Positions 20,795-30,756 of a DNA stretch of 64,000 nt are shown piece by piece. The notes under the pieces were generated by a model. The model ran no database searches. It was not told the DNA's origin and was given only the letters and a program-made list of their open reading frames with translations. The first letter of the stretch is position 1. Every line of letters begins with the position of its first letter. The position numbers and the translations under genes are program-made. Where the stretch lies: assembly GCA_963755125.1 (NCBI GenBank), contig CAVWIP010000015.1, positions 224,001 through 288,000 of the forward strand, written 5' to 3'. The DNA is from an uncultured delta proteobacterium. Its GTDB lineage: Bacteria > Myxococcota_A > Polyangia > Fen-1088.

Positions 20795-21033
20795 AGCCAC
20801 GTTTGTCGACGGTGGTGGGCCTGCGAGGATGGAGCTGGCACATCCGTCACCCGCCAGTGCTTGCGAAAAGCGTCGCGAGGCGGGATGCTGTAGCTGAATA
20901 GAAGGTTGGGGGCACTCGATGGAGACAAGATGTCGCTCGTAATTTCTGTCTACGTCCCCACCTGGCATAGAGGAGTTAACGGGGTCGAGATTGGGTTCCT
21001 TGGTCTTCTGCGCTGAAGCGGAAAGGTAGTCTT

Positions 21034-22179
21034 ATGCCGAGTTATAGAAATGCTGTCTTTGTCAAGTCAGCGGTCCTGGAGGCTTTTGCTGTCACTGTAT
21101 GTGTGGCCGGATGCGGGGCCGGTAGAGGGCTCCAGCCTAGTGCCGATGGAGGCACTAGAGTGTTCGCTGCTACAGGTAGCATGACCACGCCAAGGGAGGG
21201 GCACACCGCAACATTGCTGCCGGGTGGAAAGGTCTTGATCACAGGCGGAGTGGGTGCTTCTCCCCTGGCGAGTGCGGAACTATACGACCCTAACGTAGGA
21301 AGATTCGCGGCCACCGGTAGTCTCACAGTGCCGAGGACAGGTCACACAGCGACGTTGCTGCAGAATGGGGAAGTGCTCATCGTCGGAGGATACAGCAGCA
21401 ACCCGGGGTGGGGGGAGCCAGTCGCGATTGCGAGCGTCGAGTTGTACGACCCGGAGACTGGGACTTTTGCGACGACTGGCAGCATGGGAGCGGCAAGATC
21501 TGGCCACGTCGCGACCTTGTTGCCGGACGGAAAGGTGCTCGTCGCAGGCGGACTTGGTGGTTCCGCCTTTTCTTCTCTGCAGAGCGCGGAGATATTCGAC
21601 CCATCCGTTGGGACATTCATGCCTACCGGCAGCATGGTGTCATTTGATGCAGCCATAGCCCAGTTGTTGCCTAATGGGATGGTCCTCATAGACGGAAGCA
21701 GCGCGGCTGCAGACGCAGCGCTTTTCGATGAAGTTGCCGGGGTGTTCACCCTCACCGGCAATATGACCACGGATCGGGGTGGTGGCTATTCGGCCACACT
21801 GCTGCAAACCGGAAACATTCTCGTTGCCGGGGGCGATTCAACGGGCAAGACTGCGGAAATCTATGTCCCGGCGACCGGTACCTTTGCAGCAACCGGCAGT
21901 ATGTCCGCGTCGATGTCCGGACCTACGGGGACGTTGCTGCCGAACGGGATGGTTCTGGTCGCTGGCGGGAGCAAGAGCGCATGCTGCCCGAGCGTATGCA
22001 CCTCAAGCGCCGAGCTATACGACGCAGGCACGGGAGCTTTCTCACCGACGGCCAGCATGACCGCGCCAAGGTGTTATCACACGGCGACGTTGCTACCGAA
22101 CGGGATGGTTCTGGTCGCTGGTGGACAGCCTGCTTCTAGCAGCGGCAATTCAGTAGCTAGCGCAGAGCTATACGAATAG
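21034..22179 (+). CDS. Kelch-like beta-propeller lipoprotein
   Basis: Lipobox VAGC; seven Kelch-like repeats; ends ASAELYE like 16300-18759. Confidence 0.88.
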   Translation: MPSYRNAVFVKSAVLEAFAVTVCVAGCGAGRGLQPSADGGTRVFAATGSMTTPREGHTATLLPGGKVLITGGVGASPLASAELYDPNVGRFAATGSLTVPRTGHTATLLQNGEVLIVGGYSSNPGWGEPVAIASVELYDPETGTFATTGSMGAARSGHVATLLPDGKVLVAGGLGGSAFSSLQSAEIFDPSVGTFMPTGSMVSFDAAIAQLLPNGMVLIDGSSAAADAALFDEVAGVFTLTGNMTTDRGGGYSATLLQTGNILVAGGDSTGKTAEIYVPATGTFAATGSMSASMSGPTGTLLPNGMVLVAGGSKSACCPSVCTSSAELYDAGTGAFSPTASMTAPRCYHTATLLPNGMVLVAGGQPASSSGNSVASAELYE

Positions 22180-22257
22180 CCCCCAACAACCCTGCAAGCC
22201 GAAGTGCCAGAGCTACATCAGGGACAAACACGTGGACATTCTTCGCTTGGTGCTCAG

Positions 22258-22334
22258 TAAGCTACAGAAAACGGGTCCCCTTTGATCCGCGTGCCCACGG
22301 TCGCCCATACACCGGGGGGTGGGTATGTCGACGG
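22258..22334 (+). repeat. Backbone repeat family A, core copy
   Basis: TAAGCTACAGAA..GGGTCCCCTTTGATCCG.GTGCCCAC.GTCG...ACCGGGGGGTGGGTATGTCGACGG. Confidence 0.82.
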
Positions 22335-22511
22335 CGGCGGAGAAGATGCGAGACTGCTTGATCCAAGACGCGGGTGACGCGGGATTTCCGGCCAAGTTGA
22401 ACATAATTCAGTGCGCAGTAACCCACGGTGTTGGTGTTTCCTGCCCACGCGAACGGGGCGGACCTGGCACAGGTGGCAGCAGCAGGGTACCGCGTGAAGT
22501 GTTCAGACATG

Positions 22512-22683
22512 TGGACAGCTTCTGCCTCGTCAATCCATAACACCGATGGTCCATGAACACCGACGGCGGAAGCGCACAAGGCAAAGGTCGTATCCAGCGA
22601 CTCCATGGCCCCTGGTGCTGTGGATGTTAGTCTACACTACCCAGCCCAACTGCCATTTCGCCCGTCGGGAATGTGACGATGCC
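22512..22683 (+). repeat. Backbone repeat family B, copy 2
   Basis: Aligns with 8637-8804. Confidence 0.8.
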
Positions 22684-22783
22684 TGCATGTCTCCCCAGTA
22701 TCGACACGTGCATGCCGACGATCAGGACGACATCGCAGAAGCGGACGCTTTAGGATAAATCCACTTGATGGTAGGGTTTGCCC

Positions 22784-23833
22784 GTGAAACAGGTTGTCTT
22801 GATCGCCTTGGTAGGCTCGATTGGGGCTTGTGCCTCCACGGAGCCTTCACCCGCCGATGCCAGCGGTTCGCAGACCACGTCAGAAGCTGGCGATGTGCTC
22901 GGCGATGTCACGTATGAAGTCTCTCCCAACGGAGTCATTCCCGTGTGCACCAGCGCCCAGTTGTGCACGTTTTCTTGGGGTTCGTACGGTTTCGGCGTCG
23001 ATGCGGCCCACGGTGCACGCATCGTGGAGTTCTCCCTTTCTGGCAACAACATCCTCCTCACGCAGGCTGCGGGAGCCGCTGAATTTGGTGCGACTTTTTG
23101 GCCGAGTCCACAAACTCTATGGGGCTGGCCACCCATCGCGACCATCGACACCGGTGCCTATTCGGTTTCCATCCAAGGCGACGTTCTTGTTTTGACCTCG
23201 AGTTCGTTCACCATCACGGCTGGCGATCCCACGATGACCATCGAGAAGCGCATTGCCGTCAATTCCGCGAGCAACGTCGTCACCATCACCTATGCTTTCA
23301 TCAACCAAGGAAACGCCTCGGTCTCGGTGGCACCGTGGGAGGTCACCCGAGTCGCCCCTGGAGGGATGACGTTCTTCCCCAACCCAGACGGCGGCCCTGC
23401 GCCCAGGACATGCAGCGGAGCTTTCAGCGTGCCGACGACATCCGATTTCGAAGGCTACACGTTCTTTGCGAACCTCCCCACCACGGGGCAGACAAAACTC
23501 TGCGCCGACGGAGGCACAAAAGGCTATGAAGCATTCCTTTCTGGAGATTTGCTGTTGGTGCAGGCGTGGACGGACGTTCCCGCATCAGAAAATGCGGCTG
23601 GGGAAGGTGAAGACGAATTCTATACGGACCCAAGTTTTACCTACGAGGAAGTCGAGAACCAGGGACCGTACGCGCCCATTGGCGCTGGCAATCGAGCGGA
23701 ATGGACCGTACGCTGGACACTGACCGCAATTGCCGCCATGGATGGTGGTGTTGGTCCGTCGGAGATTCTCGCGTCTTCCTCGCTCCGGCAAGACATCGAA
23801 CAAGTCGCCGATTCAGAGGCAGCGTTGCAGTGA
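22784..23833 (+). CDS. Lipoprotein with a DUF4380-like domain
   Basis: Lipobox IGAC; GARIVEFSLSG, FGATFWPSPQ..WGWPP, APWEVTRV, EVENQGPY motifs. Confidence 0.75.
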   Translation: MKQVVLIALVGSIGACASTEPSPADASGSQTTSEAGDVLGDVTYEVSPNGVIPVCTSAQLCTFSWGSYGFGVDAAHGARIVEFSLSGNNILLTQAAGAAEFGATFWPSPQTLWGWPPIATIDTGAYSVSIQGDVLVLTSSSFTITAGDPTMTIEKRIAVNSASNVVTITYAFINQGNASVSVAPWEVTRVAPGGMTFFPNPDGGPAPRTCSGAFSVPTTSDFEGYTFFANLPTTGQTKLCADGGTKGYEAFLSGDLLLVQAWTDVPASENAAGEGEDEFYTDPSFTYEEVENQGPYAPIGAGNRAEWTVRWTLTAIAAMDGGVGPSEILASSSLRQDIEQVADSEAALQ

Positions 23834-24026
23834 ATTTGGGTAGGTCGTCGCGATGCCACGAGCCGGAACGTCGTGAGATGGAACGATCATTGTCGAGCAT
23901 GAGTCTGAGGCAACGCACAGGGCTCGATTGGAGGTTGCTGGCTGTTCCAGCGACGGCATCCACGGTTTTCCCGAGACCGGCATCGCTATCCAAGTGCGCG
24001 CAGCCGTGAGTGTGAGTGCCGGGATC

Positions 24027-24350
24027 ATGACCAAAGCCGACCTCATCACCGTCATCTCCAACAAGCCCAAGTTACCACGGGCGAGTGCGGAGCTGTTGGT
24101 CGATGTGGTCTTCGGCTGCATGGAGCAGTCAATGAGTCGCGGCGAAAAGATCGAAATTCGTGGTTTTGGCAGCTTCACCGTGCGCCAGTACCGCGCCTAC
24201 GACGGTCGCAACCCGCGCACAGGTGCAATCGTTCCCGTCAAGCCCAAGCGTCTGGCCTTCTTCAAGGTGGGCAGGAAGCTGCGGGAGCGGGTGAACAATG
24301 GGAGACGCTCGACCGAAATGCCAACCGTCTCGTTGGAGTGGCAGTCGTAG
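24027..24350 (+). CDS. ihfB: Integration host factor beta-like DNA-binding protein
   Basis: MTKADLI...[12 protein letters not shown]...GRNPRTG...FFKVGRKLRERVN. Confidence 0.9.
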   Translation: MTKADLITVISNKPKLPRASAELLVDVVFGCMEQSMSRGEKIEIRGFGSFTVRQYRAYDGRNPRTGAIVPVKPKRLAFFKVGRKLRERVNNGRRSTEMPTVSLEWQS

Positions 24351-24571
24351 CCGAGTCATCCCCTCATATTATTGAGCAATATCGCGGTGTTGCCGGTCCC
24401 CTATTTGCGGCTCATTTGAAATCCCGAGAAAACCACCCATCTTCATAGGTCGCACTTCTGTGGATAACCCTTGGGCGAGCGGCAAATTCTCTAGCAATAT
24501 CCATTGATTACACAATGAGGGGATCTTTCAGGGTCGTAGCAGCTCGCCCCGCGAGCCTCAATCTCGACGGC

Positions 24572-25126
24572 TCAATGCAAGCAGAAGATCTTGAGCGAGC
24601 CTTGCGGCTCGCCCACGGCGATGCGGCTGCCGTCGGGAGACACCGCCACGGCGCTCGCGTTCTCATCCCAGGCGTTGACGAGCGACCCGTCGCTGAGCGA
24701 GAGGAGCAGAACCCGTGGTCCTGCGGTGACGACCGAGGTTCCGTCGGGGGTGATGGGGGAGGACGCACAGACAGGACAGCCGCACGAGTCGGGATTCGAT
24801 AGGTAACCCCCTGCGCAGACCAGCATGGGGCATGTGCTCGGAAGGCACCCGCTTGTCCCACCCGTCCCGCTGGCACCTCCTAGTCCGCCAGTCCCGACTC
24901 CACCAGAGCCAACGGTGCCAGCAGCGCCGCTGCTTGCGCCACCTATGCTGGCATTCCGGACTCCACCAGCCCCGATCATTCCACCCGTGCTGCCTCCTGA
25001 ACCGGCTATTCCTTGACCCCCGCCTGTGCTGCCCCCGGCGTTGTTCAGACCAGGTTGGCCACCACACGCCAATTCCACCAAGCCAGCCAGGAAAAATCCT
25101 ACGCCGCATGTAGACATCTTGACCAT
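24572..25126 (-). CDS. Gly/Cys-rich lipoprotein ending in a short WD40-like fragment (probably internally deleted)
   Basis: Lipobox ELAC; CPMLVC..NPDSCGCPVC module as in 5440-6447; AVAVSPDGSRIAVG. Confidence 0.7.
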   Translation of the reverse strand: MVKMSTCGVGFFLAGLVELACGGQPGLNNAGGSTGGGQGIAGSGGSTGGMIGAGGVRNASIGGASSGAAGTVGSGGVGTGGLGGASGTGGTSGCLPSTCPMLVCAGGYLSNPDSCGCPVCASSPITPDGTSVVTAGPRVLLLSLSDGSLVNAWDENASAVAVSPDGSRIAVGEPQGSLKIFCLH

Positions 25127-25330
25127 GGAGTCCTCCACTTGATCTGCGGTAGCAATGTCCGTGCCCCAATCTAGCGCCGCTGATGCTGGACCGCTTTCCT
25201 CGCAGGAACGTGGAGATGGGGCCAAGTGGCCGGGGTGAAATCATGGCCGTGGAGTCCGTAAATCCTCAGAATTCTGAGGGTGTTCGTTCAAGATCTGGCG
25301 TGGTCACTAGGCGGGAAACAGACCCGCACT

Positions 25331-25346
25331 TGGCCTCGAACTTGCT
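25331..25346 (+). promoter_or_regulatory. Putative sigma-54 promoter, copy 2
   Basis: Identical to 16253-16268, followed by the same CACTCGATCTGGAGGCAG.CATGACT leader. Confidence 0.55.
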
Positions 25347-25378
25347 GATTGGAGAGCGCACTCGATCTGGAGGCAGTC

Positions 25379-25570
25379 ATGACTCCTTCGCTCCCAGGCA
25401 AGACCGGTTGCTGCGTTTGCCCACCCCCTTTTCCGCCACGCTTGCTGGCTGTAGCTCAAACAGCACCGTACCCGCGCCTGATACCACTGCCCGCGACACG
25501 TCCGTTGCGCCGGACGCCAACGATCCGACTGATACCACGCCTGTTCCAGTCGGGATAGCCGACGCTGCGT
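25379..25570 (+). pseudogene. Frameshifted, truncated lipoprotein 5' end paralogous to 16300
   Basis: MT.S....TGCCV start, then LAGCSS in another frame. Confidence 0.55.
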
Positions 25571-25625
25571 GTTCTCTGGGCACCGTCACCGCCATGTTTT
25601 CAATCCAGCGCATCGCCGAGGCACC

Positions 25626-26090
25626 ATGCCGAATCCTGCGTGTTCTGTTCTCGTGAAGCTGACCGTGCTGTTCATGTTCATCACCCTGTGTGCAACCGGG
25701 TGCAGCGGTGGCGGGAAAAGCGCTGTCGGAGCACAAGAAGGCGGCGCGGATACCCGGAGCAACGAAGCGGCAAGCAATACCGCCTCGACGGACGCAGGGG
25801 AACTCGCTTGCGGAGACGCGACCTGTGGGCCGTCCCAGATCTGTCTCTACCCTCCCTACGGATGCATAGGTATAGCCTTGCCCGACTCGGGCATTTGCCC
25901 TGATGGGTGGGTTTCCGACCCGAGTAGCGGCGGGTGCGTCCAGTCTCCCCCGGCACCGTCGTGTGTGTCTCCGGCTCCCGGAGAGGGCTCGTTCGATTGC
26001 TCCGGGCAAGGGGCCGACCCAACCTGCGCAACTGTCAATGCGCCTGTCCCGAGTGGTTGCAGCCGCACTTGTCGCGCAATCTGCGGGTAG
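25626..26090 (+). CDS. Small Cys-rich lipoprotein
   Basis: Lipobox ATGC; CGDATCGPSQIC motif. Confidence 0.78.
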   Translation: MPNPACSVLVKLTVLFMFITLCATGCSGGGKSAVGAQEGGADTRSNEAASNTASTDAGELACGDATCGPSQICLYPPYGCIGIALPDSGICPDGWVSDPSSGGCVQSPPAPSCVSPAPGEGSFDCSGQGADPTCATVNAPVPSGCSRTCRAICG

Positions 26091-26191
26091 GGCCACCACG
26101 ATTGGCGGCGACTTTCTTTCCAAGCTGCAACTTGGCAGAGTGGCGCGTACTCGTATTTTGCATTCACTCCCCCAGCTTCGCGAGCATCTTC

Positions 26192-26452
26192 TGTCAGCTG
26201 CGTTCCTAAATGACCGGTTGTGATTCGAGGAAGTCGTGGAAAGGGCCCCAAAACTTGGGGAGAACACTTCATCGACTGTGACGTTGTAAAACACCCCCCT
26301 ATTGGAACTCCCACATCGTGACAACACCCCGCATGACCGCCTCCATGCGCTACCGAGAAGGGGCCGACACAATGAAGCCCCCACGTTTTCGGGACTTCCA
26401 GAGTTCGGGATTCCTCGATTCAAGATCGGTCATTTAGAGCCGAAACTTGCCA
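26192..26452. repeat. Non-coding element with long imperfect terminal inverted repeats (MITE-like)
   Basis: CTAAATGACCG.T.TGA.TCGAGGAA at 26206-26232 is inverted at 26411-26437; similarity extends inward (TGGAA..CCC.AAAAC.TGGGG) and outward to TG...CA ends. Confidence 0.65.
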
Positions 26453-26557
26453 ACCGTCGGCGAGCGCGAGGATAATGAAGATGATGATCTCATTGACCGC
26501 TGTGGCCGCATCGGTGCCGTGACGGATACGCCTCTGGCCAAGGCAGAAAGGGCATTC

Positions 26558-27169
26558 GTGCGAACATTTGCGATTGGTGTGGTCATAGGTCTTTTGCTCA
26601 CCGAGGCTTGTGGCGGCGGCGGCAAGGGAGACGACATCCGCACCGACGCAAGCCCGGAGATCGGTGTGAGCGCGGACGTTGGCAGCAACGCGAGCACAGA
26701 CACGGTCGTCCTCACGGGTGCTTGTGCCAATCTGACCTGTCTGGGTACCGCAAGCAGCCTGATCGCAAGCTGTGCCCCGAGCGGAGATTGTACGGAGCAG
26801 GCGACGGTTGGCGGAACCTCCGCGACCTACCACCTCTGCTTCAGCAATGGCGTCAAGGTGTCGAGAGGATCGGCCCCCACCGCTGCGACTGGGACGTTGA
26901 GCCAGAGCATGACCGTTAAGAAAGGGGATTCCGTCTGCTACTCCTTCTCCCTTTTCGCGGATGCTACCGGGACCAACGGAACCATCATCTATGCGAACGG
27001 GTCTGGCGCAACCCTGGTGACGGAGGCCGTGAACGGCAGCACCACGACGATCACCTGTCCTGGAGGCGTGCCGACTGTGTTCGACGATTCATGCGGCGCC
27101 GCCCTTTCTGGACTCACTGGAATTACGCCAGGCACCGGAGCCTGCACCCTGGGCACCTGCACGTTCTGA
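26558..27169 (+). CDS. Cys/Thr-rich lipoprotein
   Basis: Signal RTFAIGVVIGLLLTEAC; GTG start. Confidence 0.75.
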   Translation: MRTFAIGVVIGLLLTEACGGGGKGDDIRTDASPEIGVSADVGSNASTDTVVLTGACANLTCLGTASSLIASCAPSGDCTEQATVGGTSATYHLCFSNGVKVSRGSAPTAATGTLSQSMTVKKGDSVCYSFSLFADATGTNGTIIYANGSGATLVTEAVNGSTTTITCPGGVPTVFDDSCGAALSGLTGITPGTGACTLGTCTF

Positions 27170-27286
27170 TGTACTCTGCCCCGGGGCAGGGATCTTGCTG
27201 CGTCTGGGTACGCTCGGATACCAACTGGTCACGCGGCGTGCATGCGCACTCACCCTTTGCGCTCGCTCCGTCTGGGTATGAGGAGA

Positions 27287-27483
27287 CCATCTGGTGTGGA
27301 AGACCGAGGATCGCACGGCGAGTTAGCTATGCCCGTCCAAGATTGGTCCGGCCCAACGAACCTGGTTCATCCATGCACCAGAGGCCAGGAATGTCGGCGG
27401 GTGAAAAATTCTGGGGCAAAAATTCAAGCCGGCTGTCCAGCCTCAACCCGCAGACCAAGATGTCTCTCTCACCTCTTGGTCAG
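27287..27483 (+). repeat. Backbone repeat family A, long copy
   Basis: Aligns with 6633-6833 over about 200 bp. Confidence 0.85.
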
Positions 27484-27499
27484 AATCAAGAGCCGCGCC

Positions 27500-28090
27500 T
27501 CAAAATACGTCGAAGCCTATGCCCGCAACCACTAGCGTGTCTTTCGGACTGACATGCACTGCCAATTCAAGGGTGAATCCGCCTCGAATCGTGGGTCGAT
27601 TGGTCCCGAAGGTGTAGGCAAGGCGCCCGTCGAAGCCGGGCCCAAGGTAGCTCTGGGAACTTGGCGGCGGGGTGCAATCAGAACCGAAGATGCAGCGTTG
27701 AGTCACCGTGCCGCTCACGATTGAGGGGCCTCCACCAATGGAGAACATTGTTCCCGGCACCACAGTTTCGAAGAAGAGCGCGTGGCTTATCCAGGAATCC
27801 TCGTCGAACAAAGCAGTGGCGGCTGCGGTGATTTGATAGCTCACAGCCAAGGATGGCGTGATTTGGACACCGGCGCGCGCGCTCGCCGCACCAGCCAACC
27901 CCATGGAACCCAGTCCCACCCCCGCGGACGCGCCCAGTCGAATCCTCACTGGGGCGGATGCCGCGGTGACGGTTCCTTCTTCGGCGGAGGCTTCGACGTC
28001 GGCGAGAAGCACAAGACATACCACCAGGGCGGCGGAGAACAGAGTTCCCAAGGGCCTTATTGTCTTGGCCCGTCCGAAACGTCGTCGCAT
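27500..28090 (-). CDS. Secreted/outer-membrane beta-barrel-like protein
   Basis: Signal peptide; amphipathic strands; C-terminal GIGFDVF. Confidence 0.7.
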   Translation of the reverse strand: MRRRFGRAKTIRPLGTLFSAALVVCLVLLADVEASAEEGTVTAASAPVRIRLGASAGVGLGSMGLAGAASARAGVQITPSLAVSYQITAAATALFDEDSWISHALFFETVVPGTMFSIGGGPSIVSGTVTQRCIFGSDCTPPPSSQSYLGPGFDGRLAYTFGTNRPTIRGGFTLELAVHVSPKDTLVVAGIGFDVF

Positions 28091-28303
28091 GCCTCCGTCT
28101 TGTGCAACCCATGGGCCAGCGATTTCATCAGCCCATTTCTGCCTGAATCGCAGAGAGCCGCGGACGCGGATGACGAAGATTCAACGCCACCTGACGAACC
28201 CTCACCGGAATCCGTCTTGTGCCGCAGCCTCTTGCGCGGGGAGCGACACACATATCGCACCTCCTATGTGTCGCCCACGGGCCTTGCTCCTCGTTTGGTT
28301 CAG

Positions 28304-28470
28304 TTGGCTTTGGAATGCAGGTCCCCTCTGGTCCACACACCCACCATCGTCCGCGCACCAGAGGTGGGTATTTCGCCTCCTGAAAGAATCTTGGGGCTAA
28401 AATTCAAGCCGCCTGCGCAGCTTGAACCTGAACGCTCACACGTCTCCCTCACCCCTTGGTCAGTTTCGTA
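28304..28470 (+). repeat. Backbone repeat family A copy abutting the sigma-like gene stop
   Basis: GGTCCCCT.TG.TCC...GGTGGGTATTTCG...TGGGGCTAAAATTCAAGCCG...CTTGGTCAGTTTCGTAC. Confidence 0.78.
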
Positions 28471-29072
28471 CTCGCTGGCGGGAAACAGGAATCTCAAGCT
28501 GCGCTCGTTCTGCCAGTTCATGCCCCAGCCGTCGGCAACGAGACCAAGCCTTCTCAGTTCTGATACCCAACCGACGGGCAATCGACTTCAACCTGTGACC
28601 TGCCATGCGCATGGACAGCAGAGTTTGATCATCCTCGGGCAAGCTGGCTATCCATGCTTCCAGATCGATGGCTGATACGATCTTCCTCACCGGATTCGCA
28701 GCCAGAGACTCTGCCATCCCCAGCAACTTGCACTCCTCTTTCTCCTGGAGAATTTGGTCCAGCCTGAGCACCTCAACCTTGCCCTCGAGGTAGTTGTGCA
28801 GGTCCATGGCACAGTTCTTTCTGGCTTTGCTTCCGGCGGAAACGATCTGACGACTCAAATCTTCAGCACGAAGCCCGGCAGCATGAACAAGAATGGCATC
28901 ATCCAGAATCTCCCCCTTCTCTGCATGCCGACGGTACTGTTCGTACACGAGGGCAAGAGCATCTTGGGTTCTGTCGTCAGCCATATCAGCATGAAGCCGA
29001 CGAGTGATAGGCTTGAAGATGCCACTGCGGGTTTTTCTGGTCAAAGCACGAACGGATTGTCTCGATATTCAT
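28460..29072 (-). pseudogene. Phage-type sigma-factor-like protein (region 4 HTH), frameshifted near the 5' end
   Basis: WIASLPEDDQTLLSMRMAGHRLKSIARRLGI...WSRCRRL; the ATG at 29072 with RBS GGAGG is out of frame with the long ORF. Confidence 0.65.
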
Positions 29073-29273
29073 GGTCAGGACCTCCGTAGGCGTGCACACA
29101 CGGAGGCCCTTGTGGTCCACGTGGCGCACAGTTGCGCCAGTGGGCGCGTGGGTTAGCAGCGTCGGGAAAACGGACGCTGAGAATTACGGTGCGGGTGCAT
29201 CGTAGAGGGCTGAAGAGCCGCTCCTCACTATACTTATACCCGAGTTGTGGGTGGGAATTTCACGAGGGGAAGA

Positions 29274-30125
29274 TCAGCCAGTCAGCCACCTGGGGTGAGC
29301 GAGCTGCCGCCAAAGTGCCAGGCGCTGAAGGCCGATTCGAACTGCTGAAGGAGATACCTGCGAGCAGTCGGCGCCGTAAGCGCCGGCGGAAATTTGGGCG
29401 AATGTGCCCCCAGGTACGTCAGTCTGGCCGAAAGTGTTGTCTCCCCAGCAGGCGGCGGCGCCGCCGGCCCGCAGCCCACAGACATGGCAATTGCCAGTCG
29501 AAATCTGGCTGAAAGGGCCAGGCGGTGGTGTAGCTACACCGCAACTGTCAGCATTCCCGACCCAGCAGATGACACTGCCGTCGGCGGCCAGCCCGCAGAC
29601 TTGCCACCCGCCACCCGAAATCTGGGCATAGCTGCCGGTCAGGGTAGTGGCCAGCAGGCTTCCCAAGATGTTCCAGCAAACCCCGCTGCCGTCGGCCCGC
29701 AGCCCACAGGGGTAGCGGTAGGCAGCGGAAATCTGAGTGAACGGCCCCGCAAACGGCGGCTCGTAACCCCAGCAAGTCACGTTGCCATCGCCCTGCAGCC
29801 CGCAGGTGAAACCCCAGCCGGCTGCGATCTGGGTGAACGTGCCGGCTGGCGGTGTGGCCTGACCGTCGTCGTTTGCTCCCGCGCAGGCCACGGTACCATC
29901 GCGGCGAAGCCCGCAAACATGATCGTAGCCAGCGGAAACCTGGATGAAGCCATTGGTTTCGACTGTCGCGTCCCCACCTGCGGCTGCCCCGCCGCTGTCA
30001 TGGCCGATTATCAATGGAGAGCTGCAAGAGAACGACATTGCTATCAAGGCAAGAGCTGCGCCCGTTCCTTTTAGTAGTCCTGGATCCGTTCCCTCAGAAG
30101 ACCCAAACGCCGGACGCTCTATCAT
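29274..30125 (-). CDS. RCC1/BLIP-II repeat lipoprotein (possibly 3'-truncated)
   Basis: Lipobox SFSC; repeated FxQISAGxxHVCGLRxDGxVxCWG. Confidence 0.8.
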   Translation of the reverse strand: MIERPAFGSSEGTDPGLLKGTGAALALIAMSFSCSSPLIIGHDSGGAAAGGDATVETNGFIQVSAGYDHVCGLRRDGTVACAGANDDGQATPPAGTFTQIAAGWGFTCGLQGDGNVTCWGYEPPFAGPFTQISAAYRYPCGLRADGSGVCWNILGSLLATTLTGSYAQISGGGWQVCGLAADGSVICWVGNADSCGVATPPPGPFSQISTGNCHVCGLRAGGAAACWGDNTFGQTDVPGGTFAQISAGAYGADCSQVSPSAVRIGLQRLALWRQLAHPRWLTG

Positions 30126-30423
30126 GACGCCATCTTGCCATATGGCGCGGGTTTGCGGTCGTCCATTCGGCCTCCGATTCGACGACTGGCCCCACCGAGT
30201 ACGGCCGCCGTCGTGGGTGACATCCTACGACTCGCGAACGGGAGTCGGAGAAGAGCCATGCGCGCCGTCGTCCTGTTCTTCCGCGAACTGCGGGGGCGCT
30301 ACCCCGTGAGCCGGTGACGTCGTTTGCTCGAAATCCCATCGGCAAAGTAGCTCAAGTCCGTTGGTGCCGGTACTGTTCACCTTGTGAAGATCGCGGAAAA
30401 GTGCAAAAGCCAAACCGTAATCC

Positions 30424-30756
30424 ATGACCAAAGCCGACCTCATCGCCGTCATCGCCGACAAGCTCAAGTTCCCTTGGGCGCGTGCTGAGCTGCTGGTAGA
30501 CGTGGTCTTCGGCTGCATGGAGCAGTCAATGAGTCGCGGTGAAAAGATCGAAATTCGAGGCTTTGGCAGCTTCACCGTGCGCCAGTACCACGCCTACGAC
30601 AGTCGCAACCCGCGCACAGGTGCAATCGTTCCCGTCAAGCCCAAGCGTCTGGCCTTCTTCAAGGTGGGCAAGGAGATGCCCGAGCGGGTGAACGATGGGC
30701 GGCGGTCGACCGGGAGTCAGGCGGGGATGGGCTCGCAAGTACCGAGGGTCTGGTAG
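30424..30756 (+). CDS. ihfB: Integration host factor beta-like protein
   Basis: Full IHF-beta motif set; near-identical to 24027-24350; GRNP changed to SRNP. Confidence 0.9.
   Translation: MTKADLIAVIADKLKFPWARAELLVDVVFGCMEQSMSRGEKIEIRGFGSFTVRQYHAYDSRNPRTGAIVPVKPKRLAFFKVGKEMPERVNDGRRSTGSQAGMGSQVPRVW

Noticed and set aside
17730..22179. Diversity-generating retroelement (TR/VR pairs among Kelch repeats or paralogs)
   Set aside because: No reverse transcriptase in the window, and differences between repeats do not look adenine-specific.
24459..24467. Replication origin (perfect DnaA box TGTGGATAA in an AT-richer gap)
   Set aside because: Single box with no cluster or oriC-linked genes; could be chance.
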